Assembly: GCA_963814375.1 (NCBI GenBank) | Contig: CAWFCQ010000008.1 | Coordinates: 128,001 to 192,000 of the forward strand | Direction: 5' to 3' | Origin: an uncultured Chloroflexia bacterium | Lineage (GTDB): Bacteria > Chloroflexota > Limnocylindria > QHBO01 | Length of the DNA: 64,000 nt | Shown: in pieces, positions 19,948 through 30,733 of the stretch | How positions within the stretch are numbered: the first letter of the stretch is position 1 | Layout: every line of letters starts with the position of its first letter | Notes under the pieces: model-generated | Database searches by the model: none | What the model was told of the DNA's origin: nothing | The model's input: the letters and a program-made list of their open reading frames with translations, nothing else | Position numbers and translations under genes: made by a program

Positions 19948-22255
19948 TCAGCCGGGTCGGAGGAGCAATCGGTCGGTAGTGGCGGCGACGACCGCCGCGT
20001 GGCTCCACGGCATGGGCACACCCTCGCCGCGCTGCCACAGCTCGAACAGGTCGCCGTAGTGCGGCGAGAGGGGATTGCCCGACTGGCCACCGGCCAGGAC
20101 GAAGCGGCTGAGCTCCGGGTTGCCGAGATCGAACACCGTCCGATGATTGGCGATCGCCGCGGGGTTCGCGGTCGGGTCGAGAGGCAGGACTCCCGCCTGT
20201 GCCACGGTGTTCGTGTCGCCGCCGAGGGGGACCGGGCCGAGGTTGAGGCGATCGAATGGTCCTCGCGCGCCGATGGGATGGAGCAGGCGCAGCGGTCGCA
20301 CGCGTCCCCATGCCCACCCAGCCGGATCGTCACCGAACCGCGAGCGCAGAGTGGTCACGGTCGCGGCCAGCGCCGGCGCTATCAGATCGTGTCCATCTCC
20401 TGCGCGCAGGCGGCTCACGAGCTGGCTCACGATCCGCGCGCCGAACGACGTGCGCGGCACCGGCTCGCCGAATCCGCCACCGACGGCCCACCGCCAGCCC
20501 GACGGCGCGTCGGACCGGGCCATGGCGGCGGCCAGCTCGGTGATGAACAGCTCGTACACCGATGCCGCCGGGGAGCTCGCCGTGACGGCGCCGTCCCACG
20601 CGCGCAGGAGGTCGAGGGCCGGACGGACGGCCTGGTCACCGGGCATCGCCAGCACGAGGTCGCGGAGCTCGCCCCACGGCAACGAGGTGACATCGTTCTG
20701 GAGATCCATCGTGGCGGCGACGTCCCACTCATCCTTCGCCGCCAGGGCCTCGACGATCCGCGCCGCACGATAGCCATCGAGCCAGTCGACGCCGAGGAAC
20801 GGGAGGTCGGCCGAGTCGGAACGGGGAACGTTGTTGGCCGAGGTGATGAATCCCGCCTCGGGATCCAAGGCGTGCGGCAACGCCTCGAACGGCAGGTGCT
20901 CGTCCTCCCAGCCCGGGCCCCAGGCGGGTGCGGGCAGGACGCCGTTGCCGCTTCGGCGCTGCGGCAGGGTGCCGATGAGCTGCCAGCCGATATGACCGTC
21001 TCGATCGGCATAGACGACATTTAGCGCGGGACCGGGCCAGCCCCGGAAGGCATGGCGGAAGGTGTCGAAGTCGCGGGCGCGGTGGACGTCGAGGAAGCCT
21101 CGGACGGGCACCGGCTCGAGCCAGGTCGCCCGCAGGGAGAGCGCCGTGCCGACGCCGTCGAGCAGCCCGCTGACGATCGGACCGCGCGGGGTGACGAGCA
21201 CCTCCTCGTGGACCGATGCTCCGCCCCGCACCGCGATCTCCTCGTCGATGCGCTGGACGGGATCGAGACCCTTCGGGTCCACGCGCAGCATCGCCGGACG
21301 TGTCCAGCTCCTCCCAGAAGAGGTCCGCCGAGTCGCTGCAGCCGGCAGTGATGCCCCATGCGGCGTGACCGTTGAACCCGGTCGGGAAGGCCGGACCGCC
21401 AACGAACGAGGCGCCGCCGATCTCCCAGTCGGGGTGCGCAGATGGGCGAGATACCACGGTGGCGGCACCGCCGGGGCGAGGTGCGGGTCGTTGGCGAGGA
21501 TCGGGGCGCCGCTCGCGGTGCGGATGCCGGTGATGGCCCACGCGTTCGAGCCGCCAGACCCGCCGACCAGGTCGCGCAGTGCAGAGACGTCGGCCACAAG
21601 CCTCCCGAGCGCAGCTCCGGCGGTCGCGCCGACCGGCGTGACGACAGGAAGCCAATCGCCATAGGTGGGCTCGACCTTCGCCAGGGCATCGGGGCCGTCG
21701 GCGAGCAGGATCTGGAGGCGGGCGAGCTCGGTGTCCCAGTTGCCCGCCAGCGCCAGCGCCTGGAGCCCCAGAAAGGCGAGGACGTCCTCTACCACCCACG
21801 CGGCTTCGTGGCGATCGCAGGATCGCCAGCTCGTGGGGTCGCGCCACCGATCGGAAGGAGGCGTTGATGCCGGCCACGTAGGCCTCCACGGTCGCGGCGA
21901 CATCGGCATCCAGGAGCGGAAGCTGTGCATCGGCGACCCGGCGAAAGCCGAGGGTGCGGGAGAGCCGATCGATTGGCAGCGCGGCGCCTCCGACGAGCTC
22001 GGCGAGTGTTCCCCGGCCGGCGCGGGCGATGAGCTCGAGCTGGAACGCACGATCCTGGCCGTGGCAGAAGCCGAGGGCGAACCAGGCGTCGCCGTCCGTC
22101 GCCGCGGCGATGTGCGGGATTCCCCAGCGATCCCGGTTGATGACGACCTGCGCGCTGAGGCCGTCGAGGCGCACGAGCCCGCGGGTCTGCGGGAGGCGCC
22201 GGCCGAGGAGGCGCAGCAGCGATCGAAGGCCGGGGCGCTCGGGCATCGGCCGCAT
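19948..22255 (-). CDS. Penicillin acylase (Ntn-hydrolase) family protein; three frameshifts (~21800, ~21432, ~21270), probably sequencing errors
   Basis: RDRWGIPHI, GFCHGQDRAFQ, GSNAWAI (Ser nucleophile), ANDPHL, GFNGHAAWG, NVVYADRDGHIG, SANN, GGQSGNPLSPHY spread across three frames. Confidence 0.85.
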
Positions 22256-22278
22256 GATGCCACCGTATACTCGGGCGC

Positions 22279-22824
22279 GTGAGTCGCACGATCGAGCTGC
22301 TGGCCGGGCTGGTGCTCCTGATCGTCGGGGCCCTGATCCTGCTCAGCGAGCCGCTCCTCGGCTTCATCCGCGGCCTCGGCATCGGCGACGAGGTGCTGCG
22401 CTGGTGGCCGATCCTGATCATCGGTCTCTCGCTCTTCTTCCTCGTCCCGGGCCTGCTGGGAGGGCCGAACCGACGGCTCCGCGCCGGGATGGTGATCCCC
22501 GGATTCATCCTGGCCGGCGTGGGCGTCGCGCTGCTCTACACCAGCCTCACCGACCAGTGGAGCGCCTGGGCCTACCTGTGGAGCGTCATCCCGTTCAGCT
22601 TCGGCATCGGCATGTATGCCGCCGGATGGATCGCCGATGCGCCCGCCTTCAAGTGGATCGGCTCGGGCATCGCCGTCGGCGGCGTGGTCGCCTACCTCGT
22701 CTTTGCGACCGCCTTCGGTGGAGAGGCGTTCCGGCTCGTGGCGGCGATCGGGATCCTGTCGCTCGGGTTGGCGCTGACGATCGGCGGGCTGGCGGAGCGG
22801 CTCAGCCGCAAGTCACCGGCCTAG
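22279..22824 (+). CDS. Hypothetical membrane protein (LiaF/LiaI-like TM region)
   Basis: GLVLLIVGALILL...WWPILII; six hydrophobic segments; TATACT -10 just upstream. Confidence 0.65.
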   Translation: MSRTIELLAGLVLLIVGALILLSEPLLGFIRGLGIGDEVLRWWPILIIGLSLFFLVPGLLGGPNRRLRAGMVIPGFILAGVGVALLYTSLTDQWSAWAYLWSVIPFSFGIGMYAAGWIADAPAFKWIGSGIAVGGVVAYLVFATAFGGEAFRLVAAIGILSLGLALTIGGLAERLSRKSPA

Positions 22825-24804
22825 GCGCGTCGAACGAACCGGTCGAACCAGGCCAGGATCCGCTCCTGCCGGTCGATCCGCCGGTCGGGGCGCCCGTACG
22901 ACTTCATCTCGTGGTGCTCGTCGGGATAGAGGACGTACTCGACCTCTCGCCCGAGGACCTTCAGCGCGGTGAAGAGCTGCTCGTTGTCGGCGGGCGGGCA
23001 GATGCGATCCTCCTCGGCCTGGAGGATCAGCAGCGGCGTCCGGATCTTCGCGGCATTGCGCAACGGCGAGGAGCTCCACAGCGCCCGCATCCCCTCGTCG
23101 GAGAGCGGGTCAGCGAGGCCGGCGCGGCGGTTGTAGTGGATGCCGAAGTACGAGTTGGCCCAGGTCGAGACCTGGTTGGTCACCCCGTTCTCCGAGGCTC
23201 CCGCGGCGAAGCGGTCGGTGACCCCGATCAGCCATTGCGTCAGGAAGCCGCCATACGAGAGGCCCATCAGGCCGATGCGGCGCGGATCTGCCAGCCCGCG
23301 TCGCACCAGGTCGTCCACCGCCGCGATCGCGTCGGCGGCGTCCGCCTTGCCCCAGCTCGCCGAGAGGCCCTTCACCCATTTCGCGCCGTACGTCGCCGAG
23401 CCGCGGATGTTCGGCATGAGCACCCGGTAGCCGGCCGCGCACAGCGCCATCTCGTCGAGCGTTCCGCCCGGGCCCCAGGCTCCGGTCGGTCCGCCATGGA
23501 TGTGCAGGATCGTTGGCAGCCGGCGGCGCCCGGCCCCCGGCGGAGAGGCCAGCCAGGCATGGATCGGCCCGGCCGGTCCCTTCAGCTGCAGCTCGGACAG
23601 CTCCACCCCCGGGAAGCGCCGCTGCCATGCGGAACCCTCGCGCGTGACTTGTCTCAGCCGGCCCGCCTCGATCGCCCACACCTCGCCGGCCCGGCCATCG
23701 ATCGCTCCCGAGATCGCCATCGCGCCGTTGGCTGCGTCGACGCCCGAGGCCGCGAGCCGGGTATGCGGATCGATGAGCGGCTCGGCGCCGCCGTCGAGCT
23801 CGACGCGGTAGGGGATGTCGCGGCCGTTGGTGCCGACGATGACGGCGAGGCTTCCGTCGTCGAGCCACAGCGGCCCGGGCGCCGCCTCGGCCATCTGAAG
23901 GTCGCACCACGCCCACTCGCCGATGGGCCGATCCAGCGCCGCCGTGAGGTTCCGCGGAGCTCCGCCGGGCAGATCCATCACCCACAGTGACGGGGGGACG
24001 TCGTCCGGCGGGTCCTCCACGTCGGTGCCGATGAAGGCCAGGCGCCGGCCATCGGGCGAGAAGGCGGGCCGCTCCGCGTCGCCGGCAAGGCTGACGAGCT
24101 CGCGGACCTGCGGCCGCGTCGACTCGGTCCCGACCGACCAGATCTGGTAGCGAGGAGTGATGTTCGTGTCCGGACCCCGGTCCGCCGAGAACGCGATGCG
24201 GCGGCCGTCGGGGAACCATGCCGGATCGATGACGTCGAAGTCGCCGCGCGTCAGCTGCCGCGGCGTCGCGCCGCTGCGGAAGGGAAGGACCCAGAGGTGC
24301 GATCGGCGCACGACGTGGCCGGACTCGTCGTCGCGGAAGTCGAGCCGCGTGATGCGGCGCGCGGTCGGCGTGTGGCCCTTCCGCTCCTTCCCGACGATGA
24401 AGCGGTGGTCGCCGGCCTGCGCCACGCACGGCCAGCCGGTCGCCGGTGGGACTCCAGTGGGCACTGCCCACGCCGTGCTCGAGCTTCGTCAGCTGCCAGG
24501 GCTCCCCGCCCTCGAGCGGTAGCACCCAGACCTGTCCGACGGCATCGTCCACCCCGACCGGCGTCCTGACGAAGGCGACGGAACGACCGTCCGGCGAGAT
24601 GGCCGGTGAGACATCGCGGACCCTCCCACGGGTGAGCTGGCGCGGCCGACCGCCGCCGTACGGACGTACCCACACGTGCGACACGTAGTCGTCTCCGGCA
24701 ACGCGGCGAAGGACGTAGACCACGGCCGATCCGTCGGGGAGAAGGCGAAACGCCTCGAGCGCCACCTGGGCGTTGATCAGGGCGCGGGGGGTCGCTACCG
24801 TCAT
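22821..24804 (-). CDS. S9 family (prolyl oligopeptidase/acylaminoacyl) peptidase; frameshift near 24427
   Basis: PD40-like repeats (SPDG), IHGGP, NIRGS, GLSYGG (Ser), EEDRIC (Asp), EHH (His); N-terminus MTVATPR in a second frame. Confidence 0.87.
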
Positions 24805-24965
24805 TCGCCGGAGTATGCCGTACCTCGGCCGGGGCCCGACCGCAGGATTCGGCCGCCTCGCGAGAAACGTTGACCCGATTCCGTGGCGTGTGCCATCCTC
24901 CCGCGGTCGGAGGACCCGGTCCGCGCCGGACCGATCAGAAGACCCTGGATCAGGAGGTTCGGTCC

Positions 24966-26735
24966 GTGCCCCGTCGCGCATTCGTCGGCATCTCGGTGAT
25001 CGGTTTCGTGCTCGTCGCCTGTGGCGGAGCTCAGCAGAGCGCCCCGGCCGGCGGAAGCGGTGCCGCCAGCCCGGGCGGTGCGCCAACCGGACAGTGCGAG
25101 CCGGTGGCGGAGGCGGCAGAGGCGGGGACGGGCGGCACGCTGCGCGTCGGCATCGGCGGCTCGACCGACAGCCTGAACCCCGGCCTCGCCCTGCTCAGCG
25201 AGGCCTTCGAGTTGTTCGAGATCGTGTACGACGCGCCGCTCGCCATCACCGCCGAGGGCGACTACGTGCCCGAGCTCGCGACCGAGTGGTCGGTTGCGGA
25301 CGATGACGTCACATGGACCGTGACCCTGCGTGACGACGTGACCTTCCACGACGGGACGCCGATGACGGCCGAGGATGTGAAGTTCTCGCTCGAGCTGTAC
25401 CGCGACAACCCCGACTTCCCGTACCAGTCGTCGTACCCCGACGTCTTCGAGACGATCACGGCCGTGGATGAGACGACGCTCGAGATCGTCACCAGCGAGC
25501 CGGTCGGCAACTTCGAGTACCGGCTCCTCTTCATGTACGTCCTGCCCAAGCACATCTGGGAGAACGAGGACCCGCTCACCTTCGAGAACGCCGAGATGAT
25601 CGGAACCGGACCATTCGCGCTCGAAGCGTACGAGCAGGGCATCTCGGTCGAGCTGGCTGCTTTCGATGATTACTACGGCGGCCGGCCTGTCCTCGACGGC
25701 GTCATCTTCCAGACCATCGAGAACGCAGATGCGCGCGTCACCGCACTCACCAACGGCGAGATCGACTACCTCGACGAGTTCCAGCCCACCGCCATCCCGC
25801 AGCTCCAGGGCGCCGAGGACGTCCAGGTCTGCATCACCGATGTCGCGGCCGGGGGTAGCTTCACCGACCTCATCTTCAACGTCGTGAGCGAGGAGAACTG
25901 CCCGACCGATGACCCCGAAACGTCCGACACTGACGAGACCGGCCTCTGCACCGGTCATCCGGCGCTCCAGGACGTCGAGGTGCGGCAGGCGCTGGCCATG
26001 GCCACCGACAAGGAGGAGCTCATCACGGTCGCCGAAGGTGGCCTGGCCACCCCGGGACTCGGCCTCGTGCCCGTTGGCCTCGGGGATTTCTATGCATCCG
26101 AGCTCACCGACTACGCATTCGATCCCACAGCGGCTGCCCAGATGCTCGAGGACGCGGGGTACGTCGACGAGGACGGCGACGGGATCCGCGAGTGCAAGGC
26201 CGACCAGGATTGTGAGACCGGCAACCTCACGTTCCGCTTCAACTTCCCGACCGACGACGACTCGGCTCCGAGAGAGGCCGAAGTGCTCTCGGGCCAGTGG
26301 GGCGAGATCGGTGTCGCCCTGGAGATCCAGGGCCTGGATCCCGACACGCTGACCAGCGTGTGCTGCCCGGGGTTCGACTACGACGTGATCCTGTGGGGAT
26401 GGGGCTCGGATCCAGATCCGCAGTTCCTGTCCGGGGTGCTGCTGTGCACCGAGATCCGGTACGGCTTCAACGAGAGCGGCTACTGCAACCCGGAGTACGA
26501 CGAGCTGTACGACCAGCAGGCGGTCGAGACCGATGCGGAGGTTCGCAACGACATCATCCACGAGATGCAGCGGATCGCCCTGGAGGACGTCCCGTACATC
26601 ATCCCGTACTACCCGGCCAGCTACGTCGCGTGGCGGACCGACGGCTTCACCGGATGGTCATTCGACGATCCGAGCCTCGGTCAGACCGACCCGAGCGTGC
26701 TGAGGGTCCTCGCGCCGGTCGCCGGGAACCAATAG
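24966..26735 (+). CDS. Peptide/nickel ABC transporter substrate-binding lipoprotein (OppA/DppA-like)
   Basis: GTG after AGGAGG; lipobox LVAC; TLRDDVTFHDGTPMTAEDVKFS, IGTGPF motifs. Confidence 0.88.
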   Translation: MPRRAFVGISVIGFVLVACGGAQQSAPAGGSGAASPGGAPTGQCEPVAEAAEAGTGGTLRVGIGGSTDSLNPGLALLSEAFELFEIVYDAPLAITAEGDYVPELATEWSVADDDVTWTVTLRDDVTFHDGTPMTAEDVKFSLELYRDNPDFPYQSSYPDVFETITAVDETTLEIVTSEPVGNFEYRLLFMYVLPKHIWENEDPLTFENAEMIGTGPFALEAYEQGISVELAAFDDYYGGRPVLDGVIFQTIENADARVTALTNGEIDYLDEFQPTAIPQLQGAEDVQVCITDVAAGGSFTDLIFNVVSEENCPTDDPETSDTDETGLCTGHPALQDVEVRQALAMATDKEELITVAEGGLATPGLGLVPVGLGDFYASELTDYAFDPTAAAQMLEDAGYVDEDGDGIRECKADQDCETGNLTFRFNFPTDDDSAPREAEVLSGQWGEIGVALEIQGLDPDTLTSVCCPGFDYDVILWGWGSDPDPQFLSGVLLCTEIRYGFNESGYCNPEYDELYDQQAVETDAEVRNDIIHEMQRIALEDVPYIIPYYPASYVAWRTDGFTGWSFDDPSLGQTDPSVLRVLAPVAGNQ

Positions 26736-26756
26736 CGGACCGCACGACAGGGTCAA

Positions 26757-27764
26757 ATGGCCGGCCGCGGCGGGTACCTGCTCGGGAAGGTCGGATGGGC
26801 GCTCGTCACGATCGCCGTCGTCCTGACCTTCAACTTCTTCCTGTTCCGCGTGCTGCCTGGCGACCCGGCCAAGGCCGGCACCCACGACCCGCGGCTCAAC
26901 CCCGAATCGGTCGCCGCCCTGCGTGAGCGCTTCGGCCTCGACAAGGAGGTCTTCCTTGACCTCGACGGCGGGAACCCGATCGACACGCAGTACTTCGCCT
27001 ATCTGGGTGCCCTGGCGCGGGGAGACCTCGGCGTCTCGTACGCGTTTCGCGATCGCCAGGTCATCGATCTGCTCGGGGAGGCGATGGTCAACAGCCTCTG
27101 GCTGATCCTGCCATCGCAGGTCCTGTCGATCGTGCTCGGCGTGATTCTCGGCCTCATCGCGGCGTGGCGGAGACGCACGGCGCTCGATGTCGGCGCCCTC
27201 TCGTTCAGCCTCTTTACCTGGTCGCTGCCGACCTTCTTCCTCGGGATCGTGCTGCTGTACCTGGGGGCCAACTGGTTCGGCCTGCCCACCTCCGGCCGCA
27301 CGACGATCGGGATCGACTACGCGTCGTTCTGGGATGCGTCCGGCGACATCCTCAGCCACCTCTTTCTGCCGACGCTGACCCTCACCCTCGTCCTGCTGGG
27401 TGAGTACATGCTCATCATGCGCAGCAGCGTTCTCGAGGTCTTCAGCGAGGACTACATCCTCACCGCGCGCGCCAAGGGCCTCTCAACCCGTCGCATCATC
27501 CGTGACCACGCCATGCGCAATGCGATGCTGCCGATGGTCACGCTCATCGCGCTCAACCTTGGCTTCACCGTCTCCGGCGCGATCCAGGTTGAATCGGTCT
27601 TCAGCTGGCCCGGCCTCGGCAGCCTCACGGTGAACGCCGTCGATCAGCGCGACTACGCCGTGCTCCAGGGCGCGTTCCTGCTCATCGCGGTCGCCGTCGT
27701 CGTCGCCAATCTCATTGCCGAGATCGTCTACAGCGTGCTCGACCCACGGGTGGTCGAGGCATGA
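26757..27764 (+). CDS. Peptide ABC transporter permease (OppB/DppB-like)
   Basis: LPGDP, GDLGVS, EDYILTARAKGL, VESVFSWPGLG, RDY. Confidence 0.9.
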   Translation: MAGRGGYLLGKVGWALVTIAVVLTFNFFLFRVLPGDPAKAGTHDPRLNPESVAALRERFGLDKEVFLDLDGGNPIDTQYFAYLGALARGDLGVSYAFRDRQVIDLLGEAMVNSLWLILPSQVLSIVLGVILGLIAAWRRRTALDVGALSFSLFTWSLPTFFLGIVLLYLGANWFGLPTSGRTTIGIDYASFWDASGDILSHLFLPTLTLTLVLLGEYMLIMRSSVLEVFSEDYILTARAKGLSTRRIIRDHAMRNAMLPMVTLIALNLGFTVSGAIQVESVFSWPGLGSLTVNAVDQRDYAVLQGAFLLIAVAVVVANLIAEIVYSVLDPRVVEA

Positions 27765-29725
27765 CCGCCACCAGCCAGGTCATCCCCGCCGCTCCGACCG
27801 AGCTGCCCAGGCCGCGCCGATACCGCGCGCTGCTGCGCAACCGGGTCGGCGTAGTCGGCGCCGCGATGATCGCGGTGGCGATCTTCGTCGCCGTCTTCGC
27901 ACCGGTGCTGGCTCCCTACGATCCGTACGAACGGGTGCCGGTCACGATCTTCGACATCTACCAGCCGCCATCGGCGGAACACCCCCTCGGGACCGATGAC
28001 GGCGGGGGCGACGTGCTCTCGAAGCTCCTGTACGGCGCGCGCGTGTCGCTCGTCGTCGGCTTCGCCGCCGCGTTCATCTCCCTGCTCATCGGTGGCGCCA
28101 TCGGACTGGTGGCCGGCTACTTCAGGGGTGGCGTGGGCGGCTTCCTGATGCGCTTCACCGACTTCTTCCTCGTCATCCCGGACATCGCGCTGCTGATCGT
28201 GATCGTGGCTGTCCTGCGAGACCGGTCGTTGTTCAACCTCATCCTCGTGATCGGCGTGCTCGGCTGGACCACCACCGCCCGCCTCGTTCGTTCGCAGGTC
28301 CTGAGCCTGCGGGAGCGCAAGTTCGTCGCGCGCGCCCAGGCGGTGGGCGGGAGTGATTGGTACATCGTCCGGCGCCACATCCTGCCGCTGGCCCTGCCGC
28401 TGATGCTGGCGAACACCGTGCTCGTGATCAGCCTCGCCATCCTGTCCGAGTCGACGCTGTCGTTCATCGGCCTCGGCGACCCGACTGTCATCAGCTGGGG
28501 TCAGATGCTGAACTTCGCGTTCGAGCGTGGGGCGGTCTCGGCCGGGGCGTGGTGGGCGCTCATCCCGCCGGGGTTGGCGATCGTGTGGGTGGTGCTTGGC
28601 ACGACCCTGGTCGGAACCGCGATGGAGGAGGCCTTCAACCCGAAGCTGCGCCGCCATCACCTGGAAGCCGATGAGGCCACCGTCGTCGCCGACCTGCCGG
28701 CGGCGCCGATCGCCCGGCCCTCGATCGCCGCCCCAGCCTCGGTTCGAGGCCAGGCCGACGAGCCGATCCTCTCGGTGCGCGACCTGTCCGTCGAGTTCGA
28801 CTCGCCGCAGGGCCCGCTGCGTGCCGTGGATGGGGTGAGCTTCGATCTGCGACGGGGCGAGACCCTCGGCCTGGTGGGCGAGTCGGGGAGCGGGAAGACC
28901 ACGACGGTGATGGCGATGCTGCGGCTCCTGCCGCCCGGCGGGCATGTCGTCGGGGGATCGGTGCTGTTCGACGGGGTGGACATCCTGGCTCTCGGTCCGG
29001 ACGACCTGCGCGCGCTGCGCTGGTCGCGTCTCTCGATCGTGTTCCAGGGCGCGATGAACGCGCTGAATCCTGTGCGCCCGGTGGGCGACCAGATAGCCGA
29101 GGCACTGCGCACGCATGAGCCAGGCCTGCGAGCGAGCCAGGTGCAGGCCCGCGTCGACGAGCTTCTGCAGCGGGTCGGGATCGGTCCTCGGCGCGGTCGC
29201 GAATACCCACACACGTTCTCCGGCGGCATGCGCCAGCGCGCCATGATCGCCCTGGCGCTGGCCTGCCGCCCGGACGTGATCATCGCCGACGAGCCGACGA
29301 CCGCGCTCGACGTGATGATCCAGGCCCAGATCCTCGAGCTGCTCGTTGGCCTCGCGGAAGAGTTCAAGATGGGCACGATCATCGTGACTCACGACCTCGG
29401 CGTCGTCGCCCAGGTCTGCGACCGTGTGGTGGTGATGTACGGCGGGCAGGTGGCAGAGGATGCCGAGGTCGGCACGATCTACGCAGCGCCTCGGCACCCG
29501 TACACCCAGCTGCTGCTCAACGCGTTTCCGAACGTGGCCGACGAGGACCGATCGCTCCGGGCCATCCCGGGCACGCCGCCGCGCCTCGACGCGCTGCCGC
29601 CGGGCTGTCGCTTCGCACCGCGCTGCCCGCACGCCTTCGAGCGCTGCGCCGTCGAGGTCCCACCGCCATACGAGCAGGGTGACGGTCACCGTGCGGCCTG
29701 CTTCCTGGTCGAGACCCGTGGCTGA
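27761..29725 (+). CDS. Fused peptide ABC permease and ATP-binding protein (OppC-OppD)
   Basis: HPLGTDD, LSFIGLG, SWGQML in the N-half; GESGSGKT, FSGGMRQR, DEPTTALD, HPYT, GCRFAPRC in the C-half, all in one frame. Confidence 0.88.
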   Translation: MTATSQVIPAAPTELPRPRRYRALLRNRVGVVGAAMIAVAIFVAVFAPVLAPYDPYERVPVTIFDIYQPPSAEHPLGTDDGGGDVLSKLLYGARVSLVVGFAAAFISLLIGGAIGLVAGYFRGGVGGFLMRFTDFFLVIPDIALLIVIVAVLRDRSLFNLILVIGVLGWTTTARLVRSQVLSLRERKFVARAQAVGGSDWYIVRRHILPLALPLMLANTVLVISLAILSESTLSFIGLGDPTVISWGQMLNFAFERGAVSAGAWWALIPPGLAIVWVVLGTTLVGTAMEEAFNPKLRRHHLEADEATVVADLPAAPIARPSIAAPASVRGQADEPILSVRDLSVEFDSPQGPLRAVDGVSFDLRRGETLGLVGESGSGKTTTVMAMLRLLPPGGHVVGGSVLFDGVDILALGPDDLRALRWSRLSIVFQGAMNALNPVRPVGDQIAEALRTHEPGLRASQVQARVDELLQRVGIGPRRGREYPHTFSGGMRQRAMIALALACRPDVIIADEPTTALDVMIQAQILELLVGLAEEFKMGTIIVTHDLGVVAQVCDRVVVMYGGQVAEDAEVGTIYAAPRHPYTQLLLNAFPNVADEDRSLRAIPGTPPRLDALPPGCRFAPRCPHAFERCAVEVPPPYEQGDGHRAACFLVETRG

Positions 29726-30728
29726 CTTCGCGCTCGAGGTGGAGGACCTGGCCGTCGCATTCCCCGGCCGGCGAAGCCTCGGCGACGTGATCGCCCGCAG
29801 GCCCGCTCGCCCCGTGCGAGCCGTTGACGGCGTCAGCTTCCGCGTTGCCCCCGGCGAGGTGCTCGCGCTCGTCGGCGAGTCGGGCTGCGGCAAGACGACG
29901 ACCGGGAACCTGCTGCTCGGCCTCATCGCGCCCGATGCAGGACGGGTATCGGTCCAGGGTCTCGAGCTTCGAGGGCTCGGCAGCCGTGAGCTGCGGCGGA
30001 TGCGGAGCGGGATCCAGATGATCTTCCAGGACCCCTATGAGTCGCTCAACCCGCGGTTCACGATCGGCGACATCGTCTCCGAGCCGCTTCGCGTCCACGG
30101 AGTCGCGCGCGGTAAGGCCGAGCTGCGACGGCGCGCGACCGAGGCGCTCGCGGAGGCGGGCATGACGCCGCCCGAGGCCTACCTCGACCGGCTGCCGTAC
30201 GAGCTTTCGGGCGGGCAGCGCCAGCGGGTCGTCATTGCCGCCGCGCTCGCGCTCCGGCCCGGCGTCCTGGTGGCCGACGAGCCGGTCAGCATGCTGGATG
30301 TCTCGATCCGTGCCGAGATCCTCAACCTGCTCGCCCGCCTGGCAACGGATCTCCGCATCGCGGTCGTCATGATCACTCACGACCTGTCGACGGTGGCCGC
30401 GTACGCCGACCGTATTGCGGTCATGTACCTCGGGCGCATCGTCGAGATCGGCCCCACGCATGCGGTGCTGGCCGATCCGCAGCATCCCTACACCCGCGCG
30501 CTGCTGTCCGTCGTGCCGGTGCCCGATCCGACCGCTCGGCGCCGACCGGTCATCCTCACCGGTGAGACGCCGGACCCGTCGAACATCCCCACCGGCTGCC
30601 GCTTCCACCCGCGCTGCCCGGTCGCCTTCGATCGTTGCCCGCAGGTCGACCCTGCCCTCTTCGTGGTGGGGACGGATCACGCGGCCGCGTGCCTCCTCGT
30701 CGAAGGGCCGATGGCTCCGGAGGGCTGA
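29718..30728 (+). CDS. Peptide ABC transporter ATP-binding protein (OppF-like)
   Basis: GTG 29718; GESGCGKT, IFQDPYESLNP, LSGGQRQR, DEPVSMLD, GCRFHPRC. Confidence 0.9.
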   Translation: MADFALEVEDLAVAFPGRRSLGDVIARRPARPVRAVDGVSFRVAPGEVLALVGESGCGKTTTGNLLLGLIAPDAGRVSVQGLELRGLGSRELRRMRSGIQMIFQDPYESLNPRFTIGDIVSEPLRVHGVARGKAELRRRATEALAEAGMTPPEAYLDRLPYELSGGQRQRVVIAAALALRPGVLVADEPVSMLDVSIRAEILNLLARLATDLRIAVVMITHDLSTVAAYADRIAVMYLGRIVEIGPTHAVLADPQHPYTRALLSVVPVPDPTARRRPVILTGETPDPSNIPTGCRFHPRCPVAFDRCPQVDPALFVVGTDHAAACLLVEGPMAPEG

Positions 30729-30733
30729 CCAGC

